Assembly: GCF_009914755.1 (NCBI RefSeq)
Contig: NC_060939.1
Length of the DNA: 64,000 nucleotides
Direction: 5' to 3' (one strand)
Source of the DNA: the human T2T-CHM13v2.0 reference genome, Homo sapiens
Shown: one piece after another, positions 12,741 through 26,103 of the stretch
How positions within the stretch are numbered: the stretch's first letter is position 1
How the letters are laid out: each line of letters begins with the position of its first letter
Notes under the pieces: model-generated
Told to the model about the DNA's origin: nothing
Seen by the model: the letters and a program-made list of their open reading frames with translations, nothing else
Databases searched by the model: none
Translations under genes and position numbers: made by a program

Positions 12741-15174
12741 GAGATTTTTTTCCCTAAACTATAGAGAAAAGTGAATATGATCATCCTTCCATCTTAACAT
12801 ACAGCTGGCTTTCTATTAGAAAATACTACTTTTTTTCTACCAGCCTATTGAGAAGTTAAGATGTTTTTAAATAATAGATTCATTTTTTAAACATGTGTCC
12901 TGAATTAATACCTATGAATGTTCGGGTTCTCCACTTCCACATGCCTTTTCTAATCAGTTATGTATTATTAATGGAGACTCCCACTCCTGTGTGGTGTTAC
13001 ACCCCCATTTCAGAGTCACAGAGTGACTTCCTGTAGCCATTGCCCAAGGCGCTGGTGAGGCAGCCTGTGGATTACTTATGGCTCAATCCTGAGCTATGAA
13101 TTTCCCTTTCCTTTTTTTCTGTTTTATGCATTTCTACCTTAGAAACAGGCTCCTACTGACATGTTTTTATACTGACAAAAGGCTAGTTGCTCTGCTTCCA
13201 AGTATTTAATTTGCTTTCTAAAATCCAAATATGAATTTCTCTGGGAGAGCTTTTTATTAGTTTTTATGACAATGAAGTTTTTCTTGATTAGGCAATTTGT
13301 GACAAGTTAATTGAATTTGTCATGTGCAAAGATGAAGAGCAAATTGTTACAAACTGCAAATGCAATTGGGCTGTTAACTTCAACATGATAAATCATTTTT
13401 GTTGGTGTAAATGTCTAGGTTCATCTTACGGTATGCACTTTTCAGATTTCACAGTTCAACAAGACCCACACACTTTAGTGGGTAAAACAGTTCTCACAGA
13501 GGATTAAACATTTGAAGTTCTTTGGACTTTTTGAATTTTATAATTGCAGAAAAATCAAGAATATTTTACTTATGAATCAAAGAGATTATCATGTAGCACC
13601 ATGGCTCCTGATTCTTAAGGTCTCTCTGTAATTAAATGCTTTGCTGTTTATCTCCCACCACCAAAGGGAAAGCGAATTTCACATCACTGAGCTTGTCCAT
13701 AGGCATCAGAAAGAATGATCTTACACTTCCTTCATTTTATTCTTTAGGGAGTTACGAATGTTAGGAAATGGCCTTGGCTGTGAACATGATTGGCCTGAGA
13801 CCAGGGTTAAAAATGAATGTCATTAACTTAAGCATACACTTTATTAGCGAGCAGACTGCAGGTACTAAACACAGGATTTGTGCAAGAGACAAAACAGCCC
13901 TTGTCCTAGACATGCTTCAGTTCCAGCCACTCCTTGTCCTCACCATATTAAAAGAACCTCCCCCATCTCCAATTTTCTGTCAGGGCAATCCCCCAAACCT
14001 CCCTTTTTTAGAAACACACTCCTGTTCAAGATGACCACCATGGTGACTCTCCGCTCTGTTCAAAGTTAGCCTCCTCTGTTTGGCTTCTGGGGGCTCTGCA
14101 GTGTGACACCCCACTGTCTACCTAGCACTGCTGAGGCCCTGTGGTCACCACACTGGGCTCTGGCCTAGTCCCACCCATGCCCGGCTTCTCCTTTCACTTC
14201 CCTCCTCTCCTAGTGTTCACTGTCCTCCTCAGAAAGACCCAGGTGCACGTTGTCATGGTTTTGAAGGTGTCGCTAAAGTCACCTCCTCCAGGAAGCCCTC
14301 CAGGGCTTCTGCTGCTCATGTTGGTCTTGCCCTCCACAGAGGTACTATGCGATCATTGTTGGCATTGTGGAATTGAATACTCTTTCCAAAGCAGATGATA
14401 TTATGAAAGAACAATATTCTCTCTGAGAGAATCAAAATTCCCCTGAAGCTAGGGATCCTTCCTGGAGCTTCTGTGTTGCACTTCCAAATCTTACAGGGCT
14501 GGTCCTCCATTGACTAAAAAAATAAGATACAAATTTCCAGGAGTGCATTAAGGTGTTGCCCACGTTAGAGTCAGCTTTACAAAGTGCAATGAGAACAGTT
14601 ATGACCTTGAATGATAATATGGGACTTTTAGACACCACACAAAGGGACATCAGTAGTCTCTTCTGAAAACTTTTATTCTAACATCTAATTATACTGATGA
14701 GCAAACATGTGTTTTTAGCTATAGTAAAGAGAAATGCTTATGTAGGCAGTGATGCCTCTTTTCTATCATGGTAAATTTCACTAGTTTTGATAGATGGGAT
14801 TGATATATGGCATATGTGTGTGTGTTCCTGCTTAATTAAAGGAACTAGGAACTGATCTTAATCAAGCAGAACTCATTAATAGCTTTGAGAATAAGAGCCA
14901 GTGTGGCCAGGTAGAGCTTCTTTGAATGAACATATGAGGGCTAATTTCCTAAGTGGCTGTTCTTATGTGCTTGAAAGCAGTCTGTTCTCATAAGCAGCGA
15001 GGGGAATTCTGTGCCCAGTCCTCATTTGTTTAGCAGATCTTTCAAAGTAGCTCCACTATCCAGTACTTAGTGTAGATATTTAAGGCTGATCATTTGGATG
15101 GATCAGACAGACCATGTCTCAAAGCATGCTGGTTGTATGAGCTAGGGCAAATAATGTCAAATTTTTAGCACTGA

Positions 15175-15595
15175 CTTGAGGGTTCTTGTGAGAGTTAAAG
15201 GAGATAAGGGAGGCCAGGCGCAGTGGCTCAAGCCTGTAATCCTAGCACTTTGGGAGCCCGAGGCAGGTGGGTCACGAGGTCAGGAGTTTGAGACCAGCCT
15301 GGCCAATATGGTGAAACCCCATCTCTACTAAAAATACAAAAATTAGCCAGTCATGGTGGTGTGCGCCTATAATCCCAGCTACTCAGGAAGCTGAAGCAGG
15401 AGAATCACTCAAACCTGGAAGGAGGAGGATGCAGTGAGCTGAGATCATGCCACTGCACTCCAGCCTGAGCAACAGAGCCAGACTTTGTCTCCAAAACAAA
15501 ACAAACAAAAAACAAAGCAAAACAAAACAACAAAAAAGAGAGAGATAAGGGAGAGAAAGCACAAGGTTGTACCCAAAGCAGATGCTCAGAAAGCT
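15175..15595 (+). mobile_element. MIR fragment split by an Alu
   Basis: gagggttcttgtgagagttaaaggagataa | ...gatgctcagaaa resembles the MIR 3' half. Confidence 0.5.
15212..15537 (+). mobile_element. Alu (AluS, Sg-like)
   Basis: Full dimer with tcacgaggtcaggagtttgagaccagcctggccaa and an (AAAC)n tail. TSD gagataaggga at 15201-15211 and 15542-15552. Confidence 0.95.
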
Positions 15596-16429
15596 CAGTT
15601 CCTCCCTTCCCTCTAATGGGAGCTGTGAAGAGCTGACAGCACCACGAGGGGTGGCAGGGAGTCCACAGCTCCTTAATGTCCTGAAGGAAGAGTAGTGGTA
15701 GGCTCCATCCTTTGAGCTCCAGCATGCCTTGTGAAAGGGGTGCTATGAACATGAATTAAATATGAATGCAGTGATTAAACATTTTATTCTTTTTAAGGCT
15801 CTGAAGAGCTATACTTGTCAGAATGATTTCTGCACCAGGGAATCATTTAGATTGGTCTTCAAAGAGTGAAAATTTGGAACTGAGTTCTATAATGGCCAAC
15901 ATGGAATGTAAAATTGACATATATAAGCTTTGAAAGAGTAATTTTCAAGAGATTTTTTTGACTGCATGTTCTAATACCCTTAAATTATGTCTGAACATAA
16001 TTGAAAGCAGATTCAGATAAAGTGTAGGTTTTAACTTTAGAGGGTGGAAGGTGGCTGTGCTTAATCCATGTATCTTCTGTGTCTTACCAGCTTCTGTTTA
16101 AAAGTGTGAGGGCTGGGGTGATCGTGTTTCAGGCATGGGATCAGCTGTGGATGACAGAGACCATTTCTCCAGTGGATGATCTCCCGTAATGTGATCATAG
16201 GGCAGCTGCCTTGAATTCTGATTATGTGGAAATGGGCAAACTTTTTTTTAAGAATAAAAAATAGCATTTCCCAATTATGTTATCTTGGATATAGTATTCT
16301 AAATTTACTCCCCATCCTAGAAAGTATGAATTAATCCTAGATTCCTCCTCATCCAACTCAAGGGGTAAGTCACAACATCTCACAATTCCAGCACCTGAAT
16401 GCTCCCAGGGAGCCCACCCTCCCCACCTC

Positions 16430-16930
16430 ACATTTCTCCGATGACTGCTACAGCCCTAACCTAGGGGGCTCTCTCCTGTCGCCCCCGCCTCCAGGTCACT
16501 CCTTTTATTAAATACTGTAACAACTCCCACTTGCCTCTTCTCCAAGAGAAGAGCCTGACGCCCACCAGGATGGATGAGATGCTTCCTTACCTGAACCAAG
16601 CCCCAGCTCTCGCCGCTCCAGCCCAGCATCCTGAGGAGCTGCCTGACTCGTACCTGCCTATAAAAGGTTCCCTGTTATCTTAATGCTCTGGGCCTTTGCC
16701 TGGGCAGCCACCCTGCTTGCCGTCCTCAAGATGCAGTTATCAATACCCCAGGAAGCCTTTTCTGAGCCCTGGCCCCACACTCCCACGGTTAGTCTTTGAG
16801 TACTCCTCCATAGCATCTATTGAGAGCTCTCTTTGCATCTCTCTCCTAGTCCATGGACTCTACAGATTCGTCCCTACCACTGTCTCCAATGAAATACACA
16901 TGGCCTAGCACGTGGTGGGTGCCAAATGAA
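16430..16930 (+). mobile_element. L2 LINE 3' fragment
   Basis: ccccaggaagccttttctga and gcctagcacgtggtgggtgccaaatgaa resemble the L2 3' end. Highly diverged. Confidence 0.5.
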
Positions 16931-18535
16931 GGCTCCTGGACAAACAAAGGAGCCTTTCTCTATAAGAACAGAGCTTGAGGAAACTCGTGATAGAATTGTG
17001 ACCAAGAGAAGCAGTTGATGAAAAAGTCTCCAAATAAATGCTGGCAAGATTCTCTTTCCAAATGTGAAAATACACCTGTGAAAAAAATCACATGATGTGA
17101 TTTTTCTTTTAAGAATTAGATCAGTGTCCATTTCATATTAGGTCTTCCACACACCCTGCATACATACTCTCTGGACAATGAAGCCTAATGTATAACATGC
17201 ATTAATACTGAGAGAAGTCGTGTGACCAACTGTTTCATAACTCTGACTCCCTAACTTATCTCTGTTTCAAACACAGAGTTCACAGGACTTGTCTCTAGTT
17301 GTAGGACTTTGTGGCTACATCCAAGGCACATGTGGTTTTTCGTTTCATAAAGCGATAGATATTCTGTGGCAAATGCTCAGGTGACTTCTTGTCTTTCTCC
17401 CCTTTCCTTTGGTGGTGGTGGGTGGGCAAAGGTTACTTTTATTTTTGTTTAAGGTAAGTAAAGGTTTTCCCTTCTACTTGTTGATCTGCCTCTCCAGGGG
17501 CTGTGACAAAGTCTTTGTTAGGATTTGACACCCATGCACCCATCAAAGAAGGTGGTGCAACAGCACTTTCAAAAATATCTTTACATTTTCTGAATTTTCC
17601 TTTGTGCTCATTTAACTTGTTATTCCTACCCTATATTATTTGTAAATATTTTAAAGCATAACAACAACAAGAATATTATAATTTTCTTAATCCTATTTCC
17701 CAGTGGCAACCACTTTCAGCCTTTTCAGCTATTTATTCTGATATTTATGCCTGTAGTTCAGAATAATCTGCATATCCTGCTCTTCTGATCCAACTTTAGA
17801 CACAAACAATTTGTCTTCTTATAAGGATTGCTGGGGACTGTGGGTTAGTCATGCCCCTTTTCACACCCCTCCTGGTAACTACATCTAAACTGGATAAACA
17901 CAAATAAAGGCTTTTTCTTCTGACCACGTAAATATGGTTCACTCTTGGGCTGTACTATAATATATAGCCCAAGTGTAATATAACATCCTTTCTCATCAAA
18001 CTCTGTTTTTCCTTGGACTAAAAAATGGGCACTTTTTTCCCAATGTTCTTGGAATGCATCACTAAATCTTCCTTCAGCCTCCAAAAGTTTGTAAAATATG
18101 TCTCCACAGAGTTCTTTACACATGAGTTCTGCATGCGGATTATCCTTCCCTCTTTTAAGCCTGTCCTGCTTCCTGTGCACTTGGAGTGCCCCCCTGGATG
18201 CCTTCATCTGGACACCTTTCTTCACCCTGAAGTGTTGGACGTCCTTTGTGCCAATCCCAGGCTTTCGTCATCTTTTGTTATGTTCCATTGTAGGGTGGAA
18301 AATTATTATCCCTCAGGATTCTGAAGGCATAATTCCATTGTCTTTTGGTTTTGCCTGTTGTGAGTCCTATATCATTCTGAATAATTATCCATTGTCCTGT
18401 TTTTCTTCTCTCTGGAGGCTTTGGGAACTTTTCTTAATTCCTGGTGTTCCAAAATTTTATTACAATGTGGATAGAAATGTTTTTTTCTCATTCATTTTCT
18501 TGAGCATTTTAGGAGCTTTTTTCTGTCTTGGGTAC

Positions 18536-18591
18536 TGTATAACTCAGGGTTCTCCAGAGAGGAAGACCCAACAGGGGATGGGTGGATAGGT

Positions 18592-18629
<38 letters not shown>

Positions 18630-19178
18630 GAGGTATATGAGAACTGGACAGACAGACAGAGAGAGAGGTGTATGAGAACTGGTTCACAGGATTATGGAGG
18701 CTGAAAAGTCCCATGATGAGCTGCCTGCAAGCTGGAGGACTGGGGAGGCCCGGAGCATGGCTCAGTCCAAGCCTGAAGGCCTTAGACCCAGGGAAGCTGA
18801 TGATGTTACTCTCAGTCCAAGGCCGCAGGCTTGAGAAACTGCGGCTGGTTTGGGGGGTGCAGAGAGGGGATGGTGCAAGTCCTGGAGTCCACAGGCCAGA
18901 GAACCTGGCATTCTAATGTTCAGCTGTAAGAAAAGGAGCTTCAGGAGAGAGAGAGAGAGAATTTGCTTTTCCTCTGCCTTTTTGTTCTATCTGGGCCCTC
19001 AGCAGAATGGATGGTGCCTGCCCACATCAGGTGATGGGGATCATCCTTTCTCCATTCACTGATTCAAATGCCAATTTCTTTCAGAAACACCCTCACAAAC
19101 ACACTCAGAAGGAATGCTTTCCCAGCTATCTGGGCATCAGTAATCCAATCAAGTTGACACCTAAAATTAACTCTCACA
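18536..19178 (-). mobile_element. ERVL solo LTR (MLT2B-like)
   Basis: tgtataactcagggttctccagaga...caagttgacacctaaaattaactctcaca with TG...CA ends. Perfect 5-bp TSD ggtac at 18531-18535 and 19179-19183. Confidence 0.93.
18592..18680. repeat. (GATA)n(GACA)n microsatellite plus a ~33-bp tandem duplication inside MLT2B
   Basis: gatagatagatagatagacagacagacag; the unit gacagacag..agaggt(a/g)tatgagaactg occurs twice. Confidence 0.85.
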
Positions 19179-19240
19179 GGTACTTACTTTTTCTGAAATT
19201 TTTTCCCAGAAATTCTATATCTGAATTTTTAAACATTATT

Positions 19241-20059
19241 TGTGATACTATAAAACATATATTTGGTCTGTGACCCTGTTTCCTGGCATACAACTCCCCA
19301 AATCCTTAGAATCTCCCAAGAAATGTGTTTTGTATGCTAATGAGCTGACTGATGGCTGGCAGTCCCTAGGTAGGTTTAGGATGGGGCCAGTGACCAGAAA
19401 GATCAAGGCAGGATCAAGGGGTTGAGACTTTTAGCCCCACCCCCAACCACTGGGGAGCAGAAAGAGACTGAAGATTAAGCTGATCACCAATGGCCAATGG
19501 TTTAATCAATCATACCCACATAGTGAAGTTTCCATAAAAACCCAAAAGGATTGGGTTCAGAGAGCTTCCGGACAGGTGAGGATGAGCAGGGCCCCGGAGG
19601 CAGGTGCCAGGGAGGGCTCGGAAGCTCCACTTCCTCCCACAGGCCTTGCCCTGTGCATCACTTTATCTGGATATTTTGCAATATCCTTTATAATAAACCA
19701 GTAAAGGTAAGTTTCACTGAGTTCTGTGAGATGTTCTAGCACATTAACCAAACACAAATAGGGGGTTGTGGGACTCCTAACTTGAAGCTGGCTGAGGGCC
19801 TGGACTTGTGACTGGTGGCAAGTGCGGGGCAGTCTTGGAGACTGAGCCCTCAACCCGTGAGGGCTGATGCTATCTCCAGGTGGACAGTGTCATAATTGAA
19901 TTAGAGGACACCCAGCTGGTGTCCATTGTGGGTTGCTTGCTTGCTTGTTGATGGGGAGAAATCCCTACACGTTTGGGCACAGAAGTCTTCTGTGTTCATT
20001 GTTGTTGTGGAGTTAGAGAATATCAAAAGAAATTTGAGTTTGAGTGTTTTTAATCTCAG
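19241..20059 (+). mobile_element. Solo LTR (MER21B-like)
   Basis: Begins tgtgatactataaaacatatatttggtc. Contains gatcaccaatggccaatggtttaatcaatcat, aataaaccagtaa and aattgaattagaggacacccagctggtgtcc. Possible TSD tatt. Confidence 0.9.
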
Positions 20060-21824
20060 TATTTAATTGATAGTTTATCATTTTATTCCCATTTTCCCCT
20101 CCTTTTTAGAACTGACATGAACTGGGATTGGACCATCAGCTAATATTCTGTTTATTAGTCCTTTAGGTTTTTTTAAATTTTATTTTACCTTCTGGGGAAT
20201 TTCCCCAACTTTAATTTACAAATTTCTATTGAACTTTAATAATATTTCTTATTATATACATTCTAAGACTTATTTTCTTGTTCTCTGATTGTTCCTTCAT
20301 AATAGTATCTTATTCTTGTTTTATGTATGCATTGACTTTCATCTTTTTGAGAATATTAATTGTAGTTATTTTAATATTTTCTTCTGCGCTGTATGTTGTT
20401 TATTCATCTATTGATTTTGTTGTCTGTTTCATGGTTCTGATTCTCTGATTTTTGACATCTCATTTATATTTAAGAGTGAGGGACTGAAAACGGTTAAAAT
20501 GTTTGTGTGTGAGAGAGAGCTTTACTGTAAGGTTAGCTGTCGTCCTTCATATTTTCTCGCGGTAGAGTCCAAAATTGTCAGCCTTTGTGTGGTTGCTTTT
20601 TTTGTTATTGTTGTTCTGTGGTTCCCTATACAGAAAAGTGGGTTCAGATGCCCTGCCTTAGAGGTAGTGTTTTGGGTGGAATAGTGGTGGATAGAAGCTT
20701 AGCTTTTGACATTAGCCTTTGTGATTGTGGGAGAATAGATTATTATTCCTGTAAAAAGCCCTAGTTCACTGAGAAGCAGCCCTCACACACCATAAGAATT
20801 AGACCGCTTTGTCTAGTTATTTGCTTTGATCTGAAAAGACAGTAAGATATCTCTTATTTCCACAAAAAGGACCAAATTGTTACAGCCCAGACTAGATCCT
20901 AGGTTAAGCTCCAAGGTGCAAGGAAGATTGGAGTGTCTGTTTTTCTAGGTATTCATATTTCAAGGAGGAAGGAACTGGAAACATTAGACATATTTCTAGG
21001 GCTCTCTGGTTCCTGCGAGATTTTATTCACACATCAAAAGATTGGATTTAGGACTCAGGTCTATTGCATCTTCTAGGAGACTCCTTCAGGAGATGCAAAG
21101 GAAAGCTGCCCTCTTCCTATTCATAAGCAAAGAAAAATCAATTTTCCTTGTCCTGCACCTCTGAGGTGTCCAGCTACTCATGTAGGACAAATGGCTTGGT
21201 GTCACTCTAGGGATAAGGTCTATGGCAAAGAGGGAGGGTAGTGGCAGTTAACAAACTTCTTATTTACCATAAAGTATTTAATAAAAAATATGTCTCTCTG
21301 ATCCTGCTCATCCTGAACAATATGTGTGCACCATTCAGGATACAGTGAATGAAGACCCGACTGAAAACCTAGCAATAGGACTACAGAGGAATTAGTCTGT
21401 TTTTCTCTTTTGGGGACGTGTTTTCGATGATGCACTGCCTTTCCTGGACTTGTTGGCCGTTTCTGCTGTGTGCTCACCCATCTCTCATCTGTCTTTGCCA
21501 TTGCTTTCTGTCTTCATGTATTTTAATGGGTTTTAAATATTTCTAGTTTTATTTCAGTTTATAATCCTTTTTCTTTTCTTTGATATTTTTTGAGAAAAGA
21601 ATTGAGTGGAAAAGTTTTTACACATTCACCTTGATTTTAAAAGTATTTCAGATGTCCTCTTTTTAATTTGAATTTACATTCAGTATTTCACAATTTATAA
21701 TTTCATAATGGAACTCTAGTTTAACTCATTATATAAAATCTGTATAATTTTTCCATTTTTCATTGATAACTTATTCATTCATTATATTTTGGTCTGATAA
21801 CTACTCTGTTTAAGAGTAGAACAA

Positions 21825-22198
21825 TGTATTAGTCCGTTTTCACGCTGCTGATAAAGACATATCCAAGACTGGGGATTTACAAACTGAAGAGGTTTAATTG
21901 GACTTACAGTTCCACGTGGCTGGGTAAGCCTCACAATCATGGCAGAAGGCAAGGAGGACCGAGTCCCATCTTACATGGATGGCAGTTGGCAAAGAGAGAA
22001 ATGATGAGGAAGACGCAAAAGTGGAAACCCCTGATCAAACCATGAGATCTCGTGAGACTTATTCACTACCATGAAAACAGTATGGGGAAAACCACCCTCA
22101 TGATTCAATTATCTCCTACCAGGTCCCTCCCACAACATGTGGGAATTGTGGGAATACAATTCAAGATGAGATTTGGGTGGGGACACAGAGCCAAACCA
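21825..22198 (-). mobile_element. THE1 (THE1A/B-like) MaLR solo LTR
   Basis: tgtattagtccgttttcacgctgctgataaagacat...gatgagatttgggtggggacacagagccaaaccat. Confidence 0.95.
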
Positions 22199-22345
22199 TG
22201 GACACTTCAAATGAGTTTACCGTGCATGACTTTTCCCCTTGGTCAAATTTAAATGGCAGTGTTTTGGGCAAGTCAGTCTTCCCTACACACAAGTGTGCTT
22301 TATCACTTCACTTTATCCCTTCATGTTGACAGGGGTTACTGAGGA

Positions 22346-22637
22346 TTTGTTTGTTTGTTTGCTTGGTTTTTTTTTTTTGAGACAGGGTTTTGTCTGTTGC
22401 CCAGACTGGAGTGCAGTGGTGTAACCATGGCTCCTCAAGTGACGCTCCTACCTCAGCCTTCCCAGTAGCTGGGGGGACTACAGGCGTGAGCTACCACATC
22501 TGGCTAATTTTTGTAGTATTTGTAGAGATAAGGTTTTGCCATGTTGCCAAGGCTGGTCTCAAACTCCTGGGCTCAAGTGAGCTGCCTGCCTCAGCCTCCC
22601 AAAATGCTAAGATTACAAGCATGAGCTGCTGCAGCTG
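22346..22637 (-). mobile_element. Alu (AluJ-like) with a small internal deletion
   Basis: Poly-T then gagacagggt...ctcctgggctcaagtga...gattacaagcatgagc. Confidence 0.9.
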
Positions 22638-22651
22638 ATAAGATTATTTGG

Positions 22652-22965
22652 ATTTATTTATGTATTTATTTATTTATTTTACAGTCAGTGTCTCACTCTG
22701 TCTCACTGCACTGAAGTGCAGTAGCATAATCATAGCTCACCACAGCCTTGATCTTCTGGGCTCAAGTGATCCTCCCACTTCAGCCTCCCAAGTAGCTGGG
22801 ACTACAGGCATGTGCCACCACGCCTGGATAATTTTTAAATTTTTTGTAGGGATGGGGGTCTCGCTGTGTTGTGTAGGCTGGTCTAGAACTCTTGGACTCA
22901 AGCAATATTCCTGCCTTAGCCTCTCTAAGCACTGGGATAACAGGTGTGAGCTACCATATCTGGCT
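22652..22965 (-). mobile_element. Alu (AluJ-like)
   Basis: (TTTA)n tail then atcatagctcaccacagccttgatcttctgggctcaagtgatcc...ggataacaggtgtgagc. Confidence 0.9.
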
Positions 22966-24701
22966 GGGTTTCTTATAAGAAGAAGCAACAAGAGAGTGTA
23001 GTGCAACCCTGCCTTAAATAGTAGATTTGTCTCAGCAGTGTTTGTCAGTTATTCTCACAGGTTGACATTTATTTGATTTATCAAATGAAAATTTTACCAA
23101 AGAATCTTTCATGCTAGCAGAGAAAAGCAAATCAAGTCATACATTCTCAATAAATGGAAAAGCCCAGGTGACAGGATGATATTTCACAACAACATTTGAG
23201 ATGATGCCGTGGAAAGCTGCGAGTGTATCCTTTCTATAGACTTGAAAAGTGACTAACATTCTGCTAAAGCTGGAAGGATGTTTTGGGGTGAGCGACCATA
23301 ACAATAATGTAAAATGTTATATGATTCACTTTGAAATGACCCTTTCTAAAGTAACAACTTGGATTGCTAACCAGCATTGGGTTCTTTTAAAAAACTGATT
23401 TGGATGTTTATGTGTCCCTCTCTCAATCAATTCATAAATTTGTTGACCGTGAGGTTTGGTGTGATGAAGATAAATACACCTTCGTAGTGTAGAGAAATAA
23501 CTAGAAAACGGGAAATTTATTTCTCAAATAAAAGATAAGGCAATATTTTGTTACTTTTTGGAAGACATTTTAACACAACCCAGATTGCCATTAACAAGCC
23601 TTATGAAATATTAAGAACCCTAACAGTTGGTAAGAAGAATAGTAGAGTCAGGACCCCCATAATTAAGATACTCCTCCAAAAAAGCAATAACAATGCTGAC
23701 AATTGGCAAATCATCCTTTCAAAAATATGCAATTAACTAAAGGCTTGCAATAATCTAAGTAGCATTTATTCAAGTAAAATATCTCAGTCTTGGGAAGAAC
23801 ACTGACTGTGTGGCATCTTAACTTGCTTCACTTTCATGACCCCCTCCCCAGCTCTGAGATATCCTTGAAAACCAGCAGCCCACAGATCATGCTGAAAATC
23901 AGCAGCCTGGTAGCCCCTGGAAGAGGCAGCATGGGTTTGTAGTTCCCCTAAAGCAACATTCTTAGAGTATTGTCATTATTCAAACTGTCTGGTAGTTCTC
24001 AGGAAACCACCATTCAAAGGGCATGTCTTTATTTGACCTAAATCAGAGCTCTCCCAGTAGAAATAGTCTTTTCTTCGGAGTACTTGTTGAAAACTATTTG
24101 TCACAACACCTGCCTGAGATGGCAATACAAGTTGGGGGAGAGAAAGCTCACCAAAAAATTCAAAGGAAAAGCTAAGGAGTGAGATGTGCATAAGAGGCCT
24201 TTGAAAAGATGGAACATATTCCTGGAAATCCAGAAGTTCACATATATGGCATATGTGCAGGGCTTTGGGCATGCCCAGTGTCATATGCATACCCAGAAAA
24301 TACCTAAGAAGGCCCTGTGCTCTCACTTATGACTGACCTTGGAATGCTAAGTGAATGTTAATAAAGAATTGTAACATATCTACGTGAGAATTGAAGGTGT
24401 ATTCCCAAAAAGGACACACAGAGCAACTTGGCAAAGGCTGGGAGATTTATTACTTCTAGGCATTTAAGAAAATTTCTGCCCAACCACTAACTTAGCTAAG
24501 ATGTCAATAGCCACAGATAACAAAGAATACAGCCTTTACAGAATTAGTTCAGAAAAGCTATTAACAAACAAACAAACAAATACAGCAACAAGAAACAGGA
24601 ACAACAAACTCTGGGAGAAAAAGGAATTTGATATCACAAGATTTGCCACATTATGTTACTTGAAATGTTCTGTTTCCAACCAACATTGTGAGACAAACCA
24701 A

Positions 24702-24764
24702 GGAAAAATAAGGAATGAACCATATACAGGGAAAAATAAGGAATGAACCATATACAGGGAAAAA
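24702..24764. repeat. Perfect 28-bp tandem duplication
   Basis: ggaaaaataaggaatgaaccatatacag at 24702-24729 and 24730-24757, then a partial ggaaaaa. Confidence 0.95.
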
Positions 24765-25181
24765 ACCGTCAATAGAAACTGTCCATGAGGAAGTTCAGTC
24801 ATTGGACTTCTTAGACAAGGACTTTAAATCAGCTACCTTAAGAACATTCTACAAACTAAGAAAACCATGTATAAAGAACTAAAAAGAAGTAAGAAAGACA
24901 TCTCACCAAATGGAGATTGTAAAAAAAAAATAGAGCATATAAAAATGAATCAAAATAAAATTCTAGAGTTGAAACATACCATATTTGAAGTGAAAAATTC
25001 ACTAAAGGTACTCAACAGCAGATGTGAAGTGTGTGAAGTGACAGAAGAGAGCATCAGTTAACATAAAGTTAGGTTGATTGAGATTATCCAGTCTCAGCAA
25101 CATAAATTTTAAAAATGAAGAAAAGTCAACAGTCTCAGAGACCTATTACTCTCTATTTACTCTACTAGGCATATATACATA

Positions 25182-25219
25182 TATCTATCTCTATCTATCT
25201 ATCTATCTATCTATCTATC

Positions 25220-25286
<67 letters not shown>
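25182..25286. repeat. Compound (TCTA)n tetranucleotide STR
   Basis: [CTAT]7 CA [TCTA]16 TC, read directly at 25191-25286. Confidence 0.97.
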
Positions 25287-25794
25287 GTGCCAGAAGGAGA
25301 GGTGAGAAAGAGAATTAATATTTGAAAAAATAATGACCAAAATCTTCAAACTTGATGAAAACCATTTATTTTCATATCAAGTAATCTCAATGGACTCTCA
25401 ATAGGAAAAACTCAGAGATTCATGCTGGATACAGTTTAATCAATCTGACAAAAGCCAAAGAGAAAAAATCTTGAAAGCAACAAAGAGAAGCAGCTCATCA
25501 TGTACAAGGGATCCTCAGTAAGCTTAACAGTTAATTTCTCCTGAAAACACATAGATGTTAGAAAGTGTGGAAAAATAGACTCAAAGTGTTAGAAAAAAAA
25601 GACTGTCACATAAGAATTCTATATCCAACAAAGTGATCCTTCAAAAATGAAGAAGTTAGACATCCCAAATAAAAAAGAAAAAACAGAAAACGTATCACTA
25701 GCAGACTTGCCTGCAAGAAATACTAAAGAGGGACTATAGGACTTAAATGAAAAAACACCAAACAGTAACTCAAATCTACGTTAAGAAATAACCT

Positions 25795-26103
<309 letters not shown>

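Larger units (their letters stand above)
17690..20690 (-). mobile_element. HAL1/L1ME-like relic hosting two nested LTRs
   Basis: ccctcaggattctgaaggcataattccattgtctt and ttcttgttctctgattgttccttcataatagtatcttattcttgttttatgtatgca resemble reverse HAL1. The relic continues either side of the LTRs. Confidence 0.6.
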
